This document shows, piece by piece, positions 23,099-32,844 of a DNA stretch of 64,000 nt. The notes below the pieces were generated by a model that had not been told where the DNA came from, made no database searches, and saw nothing but the letters and a program-made list of their open reading frames with translations. Source of the DNA: a bacterium (GTDB taxonomy: Bacteria; Elusimicrobiota; Elusimicrobia; Elusimicrobiales; UBA9959); the NCBI GenBank assembly GCA_021847485.1, contig JAJZRA010000001.1, positions 20,757 through 84,756 of the forward strand, given 5' to 3'. How positions within the stretch are numbered: position 1 is the stretch's first letter; every line of letters starts with the position of its first letter. The translations under genes were made by a program, and so were the position numbers.

Positions 23099-23866
23099 AT
23101 GAAAAAGATACTTCTCGCTGTTTTCGCCTGCTTCATGGCGGGCACCGCGCTGGCCGCGGACAACACCGACCTTACCGAAGACCAGAAGACCCTGTACTTC
23201 CTCGGCAAAGCCGTCAGTTCCAAGATCAAGCAGTTCGACTTCACCCCCGAGGAGACCAAGTACATCGTCATGGGCTTCTCGGAGTCGCTGGAGGGCAAGC
23301 CCGCCAAGGCCGACGATTCCTACGGCATGAAGCTCAACGAGTACCTCGCCAAGAAGCAGGAGGCCGCGGTGGCCAAGCAGAAGGAGGCCGCCAAGCCCTT
23401 CCTCGAGAAGATGGCCAAGGAGAAGGGCGCCAAGACTCTGCCGTCCGGCGTGATCTATATCCCCGTCAAGGAAGGCAAGGGGGCCAGCCCCAAGGCCTCC
23501 GACATGGTCAAGGTGCACTACCACGGCACCTTCCCCGACGGTAAGGTCTTCGACTCCTCGGTGGAGCGCGGCACTCCCGCCGAGTTCCCGCTCAACGGCG
23601 TGATCCCGTGTTGGACCGAGGGCGTGCAGAAGATGAAGGTCGGCGGCAAGGCCAAGCTGGTCTGCCCGTCCGACACCGCCTACGGCGACCAGGGCGCGGG
23701 CGGCGCCATCCCCGGCGGCGCCACGCTGGTGTTCGACGTGGAACTGCTCGACATCGTCAAGCCCGAGGCCCCGGCCAAACCGGCCGCCAAGCCCGCCAAG
23801 AAGGACGCTCCCAAGGCCGAGGCCAAGCCCGCCGAAGCCAAGCCCGCCGAGACCAAGAAGAACTGA
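23099..23866 (+). CDS. FKBP-type peptidyl-prolyl isomerase (FkpA/Mip-like)
   Basis: Signal peptide; VHYHG, FDSS, VIPCWTEG, AYG, IPGGATLVFDVELL; RBS AGGAGG. Confidence 0.93.
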   Translation: MKKILLAVFACFMAGTALAADNTDLTEDQKTLYFLGKAVSSKIKQFDFTPEETKYIVMGFSESLEGKPAKADDSYGMKLNEYLAKKQEAAVAKQKEAAKPFLEKMAKEKGAKTLPSGVIYIPVKEGKGASPKASDMVKVHYHGTFPDGKVFDSSVERGTPAEFPLNGVIPCWTEGVQKMKVGGKAKLVCPSDTAYGDQGAGGAIPGGATLVFDVELLDIVKPEAPAKPAAKPAKKDAPKAEAKPAEAKPAETKKN

Positions 23867-23886
23867 AGCGCGGTCAGCGGATAAAG

Positions 23887-23919
23887 AAAAAGCCCCGGGG
23901 TTCTCCCGGGGCTTTTTTT
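23887..23919. terminator. Bidirectional rho-independent terminator
   Basis: AAAAAGCCCCGGG-gttct-CCCGGGGCTTTTTTT. Confidence 0.85.
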
Positions 23920-23931
23920 CTGAGGGCGGTT

Positions 23932-24855
23932 TCAGGCTTTCTTCCCGTCCGGCTTTATCAGCACCGACAGCAGCATCGACAGGGCCAGGATCCCCAGCAC
24001 CACGCCGAGCGAAAGGATGGCGGGGATATGTACGAAGTCGGAGGCCAGCATCTTGCAGCCCACGTAGAACAGGATGACCGAGATGCCGGTCTTGAGATAG
24101 CGGAACAGGTCCAGCAGCGAGGCCAGGAGGAAGTACAGCGAGCGCAGGCCGACCACGGCGAAGACGTTGGAGGTGTAGACGATGAAGGCCTCCTTGGAGA
24201 TGGCCAGCACCGCCGGGATCGAGTCCACCGCGAAGATCAGGTCCGAGGTCTCGATGACGAGCAGCGTGGCGAAGAGGGGGGTGGCGTAGAGCACCGCGTC
24301 CCTGCGCACGAAGAAGTCGCCGCTGCGGTCGTCCTTGGCGATGGGCATGACTTTCGCCAGCAGCTTCAGCACCGGGTTCGCGCCGGGGTCCATCTCCTCG
24401 TCCTTCTGGAAGTACATCTTGAAGGCCGTGTAGATCAGGATGGCGCCGAAGACGTAGATGATCCAGCCGAAGGCCTTTATCAGGCCGACGCCGGTGAAGA
24501 TCAGGATCATGCGCATCACGACGGCGCCTATGATGCCCCAGGTCAGGATCTTCGGCTGGTACCGCTTGTCCACGCCGAAGTAGGCGAAGATCATCACGAA
24601 GACGAACATATTGTCCATCGAGAGGGAATACTCGATGACGTAGCCCGTGAAGAACTCTATCATGCGCTCGTAGCCCAGCATGTAGCCGGTCAGGAAGCCG
24701 AACAGCGAGGCCACCAGCACCCAGAAGCCGCAGAGCATCAGCGCTTCCTTGCGCGTGATCTCGTGCGCGCGGCCTGCCGAGAGCTTTATGTCGGCCGCGA
24801 ACAGCGATGCCGCGGTGACGCCGAAGACCAGCCACATGATCTCGAGAGGTGTCAT
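23932..24855 (-). CDS. terC: TerC/Alx family membrane protein
   Basis: EYSLSMDNMFVF, DLIFAVDSIPA, YTSNVFAVVGLRSLYF. Confidence 0.92.
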   Translation of the reverse strand: MTPLEIMWLVFGVTAASLFAADIKLSAGRAHEITRKEALMLCGFWVLVASLFGFLTGYMLGYERMIEFFTGYVIEYSLSMDNMFVFVMIFAYFGVDKRYQPKILTWGIIGAVVMRMILIFTGVGLIKAFGWIIYVFGAILIYTAFKMYFQKDEEMDPGANPVLKLLAKVMPIAKDDRSGDFFVRRDAVLYATPLFATLLVIETSDLIFAVDSIPAVLAISKEAFIVYTSNVFAVVGLRSLYFLLASLLDLFRYLKTGISVILFYVGCKMLASDFVHIPAILSLGVVLGILALSMLLSVLIKPDGKKA

Positions 24856-24945
24856 GATAAAGGAGATTATATTAAATAAAGCGCGGTTTACTTTTACGGT
24901 GATATTGTCTAGAATTTACTGACACCATTCGGTATAGGAGGAGAA

Positions 24946-25929
24946 ATGAGCGATACGTTCGATATAGTGCTCCTGCTGGCCCTGCCCGCTTCCGGCAAGT
25001 CCGAAGTGCGGCGCTTCCTGGCCAACATCGAGCCCGAGAGGCTTACGAAAGAATTCCACATCGGCCCCAACCTGCAGCTGGACGACTTTCCGTACGTCCA
25101 TATGATGCGCCGCGCCGACGACGAGCTCGGCAAGCTCGGCAAGGCTCGCATGTTCTTCAAGAGCGGCGACAAGCCGTTCATCGACCCCAAGGACTGGGGG
25201 ACCCTGATCCACCTCCTCAACGAGGATTACCACGACCTGATGAAGAAGAACGTCGTGAAGGCGGATTCCGCCGCCGACCTGCTGATGCGCCGCATCGACA
25301 AGGCCGGCGAGAAGGCCAAGCTCGCCCCGCGCCTGGCGAAACTGGACAAGGACACCTGGACCAAGGTGGCCCAGGCCCTGGAAAAGGAAGCGAGGGCGAT
25401 GCTCGACGAGAAGCACGCCGCCTACCCCGCCTCGTTCGAGGGCAAGACCATAGTCATCGAGGCCGCCCGCGGCGGTCCGGACAAATCGACCTTCCCTCTG
25501 CAGGACCCGCTCGGTTACCAGTACTCGCTGCGCGAGCTGGACCCCGAGATCCTCAAGCGCGCCGTGATCCTCTACGTCTGGGTCACCCCGGAGGAGAGCC
25601 GCCGCAAGAACACGGCCCGCACCAACCCGAACGACCCGGGCTCGATCCTGCACCACGGCGTGCCGATGGAAGTGATGCTCAACGACTACGGCTGCGACGA
25701 CATGGACTACCTCGAGAAGACCTCCGAAGTGCCCGGCACGATCACCGTGGCCAACGGCGGCGTGAAGTACCACGTCCCGATAGGCCGCTTCGACAACCGC
25801 GTGGACAAGACCTCGTTCCTGCGCGTCGACAAGAAGGACTGGGACCCGAAGATGGTGGCCGACGTCACCAGCGGCATCAAGGGAGCTACCGACAAGCTGT
25901 ACTCGATGCTGGCCGCCGCCCGGAAGTAA
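24946..25929 (+). CDS. Uncharacterised P-loop-like protein
   Basis: LLALPASGKSE Walker A-like motif; strong RBS AGGAGGAG; own terminator. Confidence 0.75.
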   Translation: MSDTFDIVLLLALPASGKSEVRRFLANIEPERLTKEFHIGPNLQLDDFPYVHMMRRADDELGKLGKARMFFKSGDKPFIDPKDWGTLIHLLNEDYHDLMKKNVVKADSAADLLMRRIDKAGEKAKLAPRLAKLDKDTWTKVAQALEKEARAMLDEKHAAYPASFEGKTIVIEAARGGPDKSTFPLQDPLGYQYSLRELDPEILKRAVILYVWVTPEESRRKNTARTNPNDPGSILHHGVPMEVMLNDYGCDDMDYLEKTSEVPGTITVANGGVKYHVPIGRFDNRVDKTSFLRVDKKDWDPKMVADVTSGIKGATDKLYSMLAAARK

Positions 25930-25941
25930 GGGCGTACGGCG

Positions 25942-25984
25942 AAAAAGAAGAGGGCCCCGGCGAAAACCGGGGCCCTTCTCTTTT
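25942..25984. terminator. Bidirectional rho-independent terminator
   Basis: AGGGCCCCGG-cgaaaa-CCGGGGCCCT with A and T tracts. Confidence 0.8.
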
Positions 25985-25997
25985 GCCGGGACGGCGG

Positions 25998-27467
25998 CTA
26001 TTTGTTCCAGTCGTCGGCGGGGGCGGGGGCCAGCCGGCTGTTGTGGCGGCCGTAGAAGAAGTAGATCGCCAGGCCGATGCCCATCCAGACTATCAGCCGC
26101 AGCCAGGTGGCCAGCGGCAGCATGAACATCTGCCCGACGGTGATCAGGATGCCCAGGGCCGGCACCAGCGGCACCAGCGGGGTCTTGAACGGCCGGGCGA
26201 GGTCCGGGTGGGTCCGCCTGAGCACTATGATGCTGGCGCAGACTATCGCGAAGGCGAGCAGCGTGCCGATCGAGACCATCTCGCCGAGCGCGCCTATCGG
26301 GAACAGCCCGCCGAACACCGCCGCCACCGCGCCGGTCGCCATCGTGGTGACGTGCGGCGTGCGGAACTTCGGGTGCACCTTCGAGAAGAAGGGGGGCAGC
26401 AGGCCGTCCATCGCCATCGCGTAGAAGATGCGCGGCTGGCCCAGCAGCAGTACCAGCATCACCGAGGAGAGGCCCGCTATCGCGCCTATCTTGATGAACT
26501 TGCGCAGCCAGAAGAGCTGGGGACCGGCGGCGTTGACGCCGACGGCGATCGGGTCGGGGACGTTGAGCAGGTCGAACTTCACGATGCCGGTCAGCACCAG
26601 CGCTACGGCGATGTAGAGCACCGTGCAGACGGCCAGCGACGCGAGGATGCCTATCGGCATGTCGCGCTGCGGGTTCTTGGCCTCCTGCGCGGCCGTCGAG
26701 ACCGCGTCGAAGCCTATGTAGGCGAAGAAGATCACGCCCGCGGCCCGGAAGACGCCGCTCCAGCCGAACTGGCCGAAAGTGCCGGTGTTGGCCGGCATGA
26801 ACGGGTCCCAGTTGGCCCGGTTTATGTAGGCGACGCCGAAGACGATGAACAGGATGACCACCGTGACCTTGGCGAACACCGCGAAGTCGTTGACGGTGGC
26901 GGACTCCTGGATGCCGATCACCAGCAGGCCGGTCACCACGGCGATGATCAGCACGGCGGGCAGGTTGATGATCCCGCCGGTGGCGGCCCAGCCGGTGGCG
27001 GGGTCGAACGCGAACGGCGCGCTCGACAGCGCGGCCGGGATATTGATCCCGAAGTCTTTCAGGAAGCTTACGACGTAGCCGCTCCAGCCGACGGAGACGG
27101 CCGCGGCGCCGAACAGGTACTCGAGGATCAGGTCCCAGCCGATGATCCAGGCCAGCAGTTCGCCTATCGTCGCGTAGGAATAGGTATAGGCGGAGCCGGC
27201 TATCGGGATCATCGAGGCGAACTCGGCGTAGCAGAGGCCGGCGAAAGCGCAGCCTACGGCCGAGATGATGAACGACAGCACGATGGCGGGGCCGGCGTAC
27301 TGCGCGGCCGCCTGGCCGGTCAGCACGAAGATGCCCGCGCCTATGATGCCGCCGATGCCGAGCAGCGTGAGGTTCATCGCGCCGAGCGCGCGCTTGAGCG
27401 AATGCTCCTTCTCCGACGCCTGCTCCATCAGCGCGGCCAAGGATTTCTTCCTGAACAATGCCTGCAT
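25998..27467 (-). CDS. APC-family amino acid permease
   Basis: GIGGIIGAGIFV, YAEFASMIPIAGSAY, FFAYIGFDAVST..EAKNPQRD. Confidence 0.93.
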   Translation of the reverse strand: MQALFRKKSLAALMEQASEKEHSLKRALGAMNLTLLGIGGIIGAGIFVLTGQAAAQYAGPAIVLSFIISAVGCAFAGLCYAEFASMIPIAGSAYTYSYATIGELLAWIIGWDLILEYLFGAAAVSVGWSGYVVSFLKDFGINIPAALSSAPFAFDPATGWAATGGIINLPAVLIIAVVTGLLVIGIQESATVNDFAVFAKVTVVILFIVFGVAYINRANWDPFMPANTGTFGQFGWSGVFRAAGVIFFAYIGFDAVSTAAQEAKNPQRDMPIGILASLAVCTVLYIAVALVLTGIVKFDLLNVPDPIAVGVNAAGPQLFWLRKFIKIGAIAGLSSVMLVLLLGQPRIFYAMAMDGLLPPFFSKVHPKFRTPHVTTMATGAVAAVFGGLFPIGALGEMVSIGTLLAFAIVCASIIVLRRTHPDLARPFKTPLVPLVPALGILITVGQMFMLPLATWLRLIVWMGIGLAIYFFYGRHNSRLAPAPADDWNK

Positions 27468-27568
27468 AAGCCTCCCTGAAGATACGGAATAGCGGAAATA
27501 CTACTAATTTCTCCCGTCGGGCGCAAGGCGGAGCCCGTCGTGAGGGGGGCGGTATCCCGCCTCGGGTT

Positions 27569-27597
27569 TTGAAATTCCGTTAAAATTACTATATAAT
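27569..27597 (+). promoter_or_regulatory. sigma70 promoter of tRNA-Thr
   Basis: TTGAAA-17nt-TATAAT. Confidence 0.75.
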
Positions 27598-27608
27598 TAT
27601 ATTCCATT

Positions 27609-27680
27609 GCCGAGGTAGCTCAATGGTAGAGCATTCGCTTCGTAAGCGACAGGTTGTGGGTTCGAGTCCCATCCTCGGCT
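27609..27680 (+). tRNA. tRNA-Thr(CGT), CCA not encoded
   Basis: GCCGAGG/CCTCGGC acceptor stem, GCTC/GAGC D stem, TTCGTAA anticodon loop, GTTCGAGTC. Confidence 0.88.
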
Positions 27681-27737
27681 GAAGATCTTTCCGTGAACCA
27701 GGGGTTTGGCCCGTCCTTTCCGCGTTCCTCCGCTACC

Positions 27738-30119
27738 ATGTCAAAGAAAAACATCCCGTCCCCCGCAGAGTTCGACGACGTCAGCTTCGCGCCCGGGGTC
27801 AGCTTCGCGCGCAAGGTCATCTGGTGGTGGCTGCCGCTGCTGTACCTGCTGATCTCGGACACGTTCTACCTGCGCACCTACGATTCGGCGCAGGTGAAGA
27901 TCACGCTGCTGCAGATGGGCGGCATCGGCCTGATAGGGCTGTGGGCCTCGCTGCTGCTGCTCGAGGGGCGCCGCGCCTTCCGCCGCGAGGATTTCATCTT
28001 CCTGGCCCCGTTCTTCGCCTACCTGCTCTACGTGGTGGTCTCGTTCACGCACGCGCCCTACAAGGGCCCCAGCGTAGACGACTTCGTCCGCTACATCATC
28101 TACATGTCGATCACGCTGATCGTGGTGCGGGAGTTCACCACCGAAGCCATCGACCGCCTGACGAAGGTGCTGATCATCACGGCCTACATCGCCGTCCTCT
28201 ACGGCGTAGTTCAGTTCCTCGACTTCCACTTCTTCCCGCCGAAAGAACAGGGGCCCGGCCTGGACCCGTTCGTCTGGCGCGGGGCTTTCGGGCGCCGCAT
28301 CTTCTCCACCTACGGCAATCCCAACTTCTTCGGCAACTTCCTGGTGCTGATCTTCCCTATCGCGCTGACGCAGTTCATGAAGAAGCGTTCGGTCTTCCTG
28401 CTGCCGCTGGTGCTGCTGGACCTGTTCTGCCTCTACGCCACCGAGACCAAGGGCGCGCTGCTGGGCTTCGGCATTTCGTCGTTCCTGTTCCTGGTGTTCT
28501 ACAGCTACTTCTTCCTGCGCGACAGGCTGCCTATCAGCCGTCCCAAGTTCCTGGGGCTCGCGCTGCTGCTGCCGCTTACGGCCGTCCTCGTGATCTACAA
28601 GATAGGCAACCCCATCTCCTACAGTTTCCGCATCAACACCTGGCTGTCCACCTGGGAAATGGTGGAGTCCCACCCGCTCGTCGGCCTGGGCGTGGGCAGT
28701 TTCAAGGTGATCTACCCGGCCTACCGCCGGCCGGCGATCTTCCACCTCGAGGGCAAGCATAACACCGAGACCGACCACGCCGAGGAGGAACACCTCGAGC
28801 AGTGGATGGACAACGGCCTTATAGGCATGGGGCTCTACCTGTGGGTCATAGTCTTCGTGACCGTGGTGGGCCTCCGGGCGCTGGGCGTTATGACGGAAGG
28901 ACTTAAAGGCTCCAGGCCGCCGCCGGTGGCCTACGACCTGCTCGGCTACCTCACCGCGCTGCTGGGCATGCTCATCCATAACTTTACCGACGTCAGCATG
29001 CGCTTCGTCTCCTCGGGCGTCTACCTGGGCCTGCTGCCCGGCGTCATCATCAACCTGGCCCGCGGCCACGCGCTGTGGGAACTGCATTACAAGGACGAGG
29101 CCGCCGCCCCCAAGGCCGACCAGGGCCCCGCGCCTTTCTCCTGGGGGCTCTGGGCGGCCAGGGCCGCCGCCCTGTGCGCCCTGTTCTACACGGCTTTCCT
29201 CGTGCTCAGCCAGTTCGACGGGCTGCAGGGCCCGCTGCGCAACTACGTCGCCACCGGCGAGATCCTGCAGTGGTACATCTCCTGGGCGCTGATGCTGTTC
29301 TGCGTGGGCGGCGCCGTCTACGCCTTCGGCAACGTGCTGCTGCGGGGCCTGTCCCCGGCGGTCCCGGTGGTGGTGATCCTCGTCATGTTCCCGATCTACT
29401 ACTTCTGGGGCTGGTTCAAGGGCGACGTCTACCACAACATGGCCATCTACTTCTCCAAGCAGGGCAAGTGGGAGGACGCGATCAGCTATTACGAGAAGGT
29501 CAACAAGCTCAACCCCAGTTTCATCATGCCCTACTACTTCACGGGCAACGTGTTCAACGACCGCTTCAACATGCAGAAGAGCTATCACCCCGAGTGGGGC
29601 GACAGGAACGAGGTTCCCCGGGACGACTTCGAGCGCGCGATGGCGGCCTACGAGAAGGCCCGGGCGCTGGCGCCGAACTACGTGCAGATGCATCACCAGG
29701 TCGGCACGCTCTACCTGAAGATGTACGAGTACTACATGCGGGCCGGCAAGCCGCAGGAGGCCGCGCTCTACCTGGACAAGGCCCTCGCGCGCCTGAACCT
29801 CTACGAGAACCTCGACCCGGTCTACCCGCTCAACTACTACCGGAAGGCGCAGGCCTATATAATGAAGCGCGACCTCCCGGCGGCGGAACGGGAGTATCTC
29901 AACAACATCTACGCGTGGCGCTGCTACGTCAAAGGCCACCTGCACGAGTCGCCCGAGGCCTACACCAACCTGGGCAACGTCCAGTACGCCCTGGGTAAGT
30001 ACCGGGAGGCCGCCGAGAGCTACCGGAAGGCGCTCGCGCTGGACCCCGCCTACGAGCAGGCCAGGCGCAACCTCGGCATAGTCCTGGGGCGGCTGCCGGC
30101 CGCCCAGGCCCGGAAATAG
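27738..30119 (+). CDS. O-antigen ligase (Wzy_C)/O-oligosaccharyltransferase-like protein with TPRs
   Basis: STYGNPN, R..W..HPLVGLGVGSF, HAEEEHL; many TM helices; C-terminal TPRs. Confidence 0.8.
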   Translation: MSKKNIPSPAEFDDVSFAPGVSFARKVIWWWLPLLYLLISDTFYLRTYDSAQVKITLLQMGGIGLIGLWASLLLLEGRRAFRREDFIFLAPFFAYLLYVVVSFTHAPYKGPSVDDFVRYIIYMSITLIVVREFTTEAIDRLTKVLIITAYIAVLYGVVQFLDFHFFPPKEQGPGLDPFVWRGAFGRRIFSTYGNPNFFGNFLVLIFPIALTQFMKKRSVFLLPLVLLDLFCLYATETKGALLGFGISSFLFLVFYSYFFLRDRLPISRPKFLGLALLLPLTAVLVIYKIGNPISYSFRINTWLSTWEMVESHPLVGLGVGSFKVIYPAYRRPAIFHLEGKHNTETDHAEEEHLEQWMDNGLIGMGLYLWVIVFVTVVGLRALGVMTEGLKGSRPPPVAYDLLGYLTALLGMLIHNFTDVSMRFVSSGVYLGLLPGVIINLARGHALWELHYKDEAAAPKADQGPAPFSWGLWAARAAALCALFYTAFLVLSQFDGLQGPLRNYVATGEILQWYISWALMLFCVGGAVYAFGNVLLRGLSPAVPVVVILVMFPIYYFWGWFKGDVYHNMAIYFSKQGKWEDAISYYEKVNKLNPSFIMPYYFTGNVFNDRFNMQKSYHPEWGDRNEVPRDDFERAMAAYEKARALAPNYVQMHHQVGTLYLKMYEYYMRAGKPQEAALYLDKALARLNLYENLDPVYPLNYYRKAQAYIMKRDLPAAEREYLNNIYAWRCYVKGHLHESPEAYTNLGNVQYALGKYREAAESYRKALALDPAYEQARRNLGIVLGRLPAAQARK

Positions 30120-30125
30120 CCGGCG

Positions 30126-32744
30126 ATGCAGGCCCAGGACGACAAACTCCCTGTCCGGCGCGGCCTGCTGGCCGCGCTGCTGACGGCGGCGTTCTTCGTC
30201 GCCCCGCTGCTGTTCTTTACGGGGCTCACGCGCAACCCGTACTACCTGCAGATCGTCATCCTCAACCTCGCCCTGCTCGGCGCGTCGGCCCTCTTTCTCC
30301 TCGCGTCGCTCAGGCGCGGGACCTGGCTGCTGCCGCGGGCCGCGGCCTCGCGGCCTTTAGCCGCCCTGGGGCTGATCTACCTGGCTTCTTTCCTTCTGTC
30401 CTGGTTCGGCCACGCCCCGTTCTTCCGGCCCGCCATGGCCTCCGAAGGGCTCAAGGCGGGGCTTTTCTTCCTGATCAACGTCGCGGCGGTCTTCTACCTC
30501 TCTTACTCCGTGCCTTTCGCCGGCGAGGGGGAGGAGGAGCCCCGGGCCGGAAGGTGGCTGGCGCTGGTCCTGGGCTGGGGCGCGCTGTGGCTGCTGTTCC
30601 CGTTCCTGCGCACCCCTCCGGCCGGCAACGGGCTGCTCGATCGGCTGCTGGACCCGTACGGCCTGCTGGTCTGGGCCGCCGGCTTCGCCGCCGTGTGGGC
30701 CCTGGTCCGGCGCTGCCGCCAGGAGGACGTCCTGCACCTGGCCCTCGCGGCGGGCGTCATCGCGTCGCTCTACGGCATCCTCGAGTACTTCCACGTCGAA
30801 GTGGTCTGGGCGAAACTGATAAACCCGTACGGCAACCGCTCCGTCTCCACGTTCGGAAATCCGAACTTCATCTCCACTTACGTCGTCATCCTGCTGCCGC
30901 TGGCGGTCTCGCTCCTGCTTAAGGCCCGGGGCGCGGCCCAGCGCTGGTTCTACGGACTCGCGGTCCTGTCCTACGAGGGCATGCTGATGTGCAGCCTGAC
31001 CCGCTCCTCCTGGATAGGCGCGGCGGCGGCGCTGGCCCTCCTGTTCTCGTTCCGCTCCCACCGGGAGGCCCTGAAGGCCGGCAGGCGCTTCCTCTACCCT
31101 TTCTTCGGCGCCGCGCTGCTGCTGCTGCTCTTCTGGCCCGCCAGCTCGCTCAAACCCCTGAGTTCGGGCCTGCTGGACAGGGTCTCGGAAGCGGTGACGA
31201 ACGTGAATTCCCCGTCCGACATAAACCTCGCCGGCGACACGGGCAGGGTCTACGCCTCGCTGCACCAGCGCCTGCTGATCTGGACCAGCGCCTGGCAGAT
31301 GGGCCTGCAGGACCCGCTGCTCGGCAACGGTTGGGGGCAGTTCGAGCTCTTCTATCCCTTCTTCCAGGGGCGCCTGATGCTGGCCTACCCGATGGCGCGC
31401 GGCCTGCGCACCCACGCCAATAACGCGCATAACGAGGTCCTAGAGCAGTGGTCGCAGGCCGGCATTCTCGGCCTCGGGGCTTTCCTCTGGCTGCTGGTGG
31501 TCCTGTTCGGCGGCTTCCTGCGCTTCTACCGGTCCGCCGGGCCGGAGGCCGCCTATCCGGCGGTGCCGCTGGCGGCCGGGCTGGCCGGCGCGCTCGCCGA
31601 CAACATGCTCAACGTTTCCCTGCATTTCGCGGTGCCGGCCCTCGCCTTCTGGTGGGTGGCCGGGGCGCTCGCGCGGCGGACGGCCGGGGCCGTCCAGCGC
31701 GGGCCGTGGGCCCGTCCCCGCCTCTCAGCGGTCCTCGCCTGGGCGCTGCTCGGGGCCTGCCTGGCCGGGGCCTGGTTCTGGCAGCGCCAGTTCAAGAGGG
31801 AGTTCCTCTACTTCGAAGGCTTCCGGGCCATGCGGGCCGGCGACGCGCGGGGCGCGGCGGAGAGCCTGTTCGGGGCGTGGCAGGCGCACCCGCGCGAGGT
31901 CAACAGCAACTACGAGATGGGCAACGCCTACGTGCGCTCCGGGGACGAGCAGAAAGGTCTGTGGGCCTACGGCGAAGCGCTCAAGTCCAACGCCGGTTAC
32001 GACGAGATCTACTTCAACAGGGCCATAGTTCTCAAACGCCTGGGCCGCCTGGCCGAGGCCCGCGCCGACCTGCGGGCCTCCACGCTGATCAACCCGATGA
32101 ACCTGACCGCCTGGCAGGCGCTCGCCGAGGCTTACCTGACCGACCCGGGGAAGGCCGCGCTCGCGCCGGAGGCCGTCGCCGACTTTTCCGAGGCGGTCAG
32201 GGTCTTCCCGCACGACGGGAATCTCTGGAACACGCTTGGGTATTTCTACACGCTGGCCAAGGACTACAAAGCCGCCCGCGACGCCTACGGGAGGGGGGTC
32301 CTGGAGGACCCGGAGAACCGCATGCTCGCCGAGAACCTGGCCGGCGTCTCGCGGCAGCTCGGGACCGTCAACGACCCGGACCTGGCCTGGCTGGCCGCCT
32401 ATTCCAGGCTGGCGGCCTCGCTCTCCGGGACGCCCGGGCCGGGGGACCTGAAAGCGGCCGACGGGCTGGTGGCCGCGCACCCCGGCAACGTGAAAGCCCT
32501 GGCGCTGCGCGCCAAGCTGCTCTTCAAGGCCGGCCGTCTCGACGAGGCCGCCGCGGACCTGAGGGCGGTGCTGGCCGAGGACTACGCCGACAACTCGGCC
32601 CGCTACGGGCTGGCGGTTATCCTGGAAAAGAAGGGGGACCTGAAAGGCGCGGCGGCGCAGTGGCGCGCTTTCCTGGAGCTGGAGCCGGGCAACTCCGCGG
32701 TCGCGGCGCGCCTGAAGGCGGATTCGCAAGGACCGGCGCGCTGA
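30126..32744 (+). CDS. O-antigen ligase (Wzy_C)/O-oligosaccharyltransferase-like protein with TPRs
   Basis: STFGNPN, TRSSW, RLLIW..PLLGNGWGQF, NAHNEVL..GILG; C-terminal TPRs. Confidence 0.83.
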   Translation: MQAQDDKLPVRRGLLAALLTAAFFVAPLLFFTGLTRNPYYLQIVILNLALLGASALFLLASLRRGTWLLPRAAASRPLAALGLIYLASFLLSWFGHAPFFRPAMASEGLKAGLFFLINVAAVFYLSYSVPFAGEGEEEPRAGRWLALVLGWGALWLLFPFLRTPPAGNGLLDRLLDPYGLLVWAAGFAAVWALVRRCRQEDVLHLALAAGVIASLYGILEYFHVEVVWAKLINPYGNRSVSTFGNPNFISTYVVILLPLAVSLLLKARGAAQRWFYGLAVLSYEGMLMCSLTRSSWIGAAAALALLFSFRSHREALKAGRRFLYPFFGAALLLLLFWPASSLKPLSSGLLDRVSEAVTNVNSPSDINLAGDTGRVYASLHQRLLIWTSAWQMGLQDPLLGNGWGQFELFYPFFQGRLMLAYPMARGLRTHANNAHNEVLEQWSQAGILGLGAFLWLLVVLFGGFLRFYRSAGPEAAYPAVPLAAGLAGALADNMLNVSLHFAVPALAFWWVAGALARRTAGAVQRGPWARPRLSAVLAWALLGACLAGAWFWQRQFKREFLYFEGFRAMRAGDARGAAESLFGAWQAHPREVNSNYEMGNAYVRSGDEQKGLWAYGEALKSNAGYDEIYFNRAIVLKRLGRLAEARADLRASTLINPMNLTAWQALAEAYLTDPGKAALAPEAVADFSEAVRVFPHDGNLWNTLGYFYTLAKDYKAARDAYGRGVLEDPENRMLAENLAGVSRQLGTVNDPDLAWLAAYSRLAASLSGTPGPGDLKAADGLVAAHPGNVKALALRAKLLFKAGRLDEAAADLRAVLAEDYADNSARYGLAVILEKKGDLKGAAAQWRAFLELEPGNSAVAARLKADSQGPAR

Positions 32745-32844
32745 GCAGGTCAAAAACCTGTAACAATCCTGTAATAATTAGGCAAACAGGAAAAGGTTGA
32801 ATATAGACGCGGAGGGCCCGGTACGGCCCCGCGGAGCTTTTAAA

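Noticed and set aside
24856-24945. yybP-ykoY riboswitch upstream of terC
   Set aside because: A 90-bp AT-rich divergent spacer with a -10 close to the start; no room or motif
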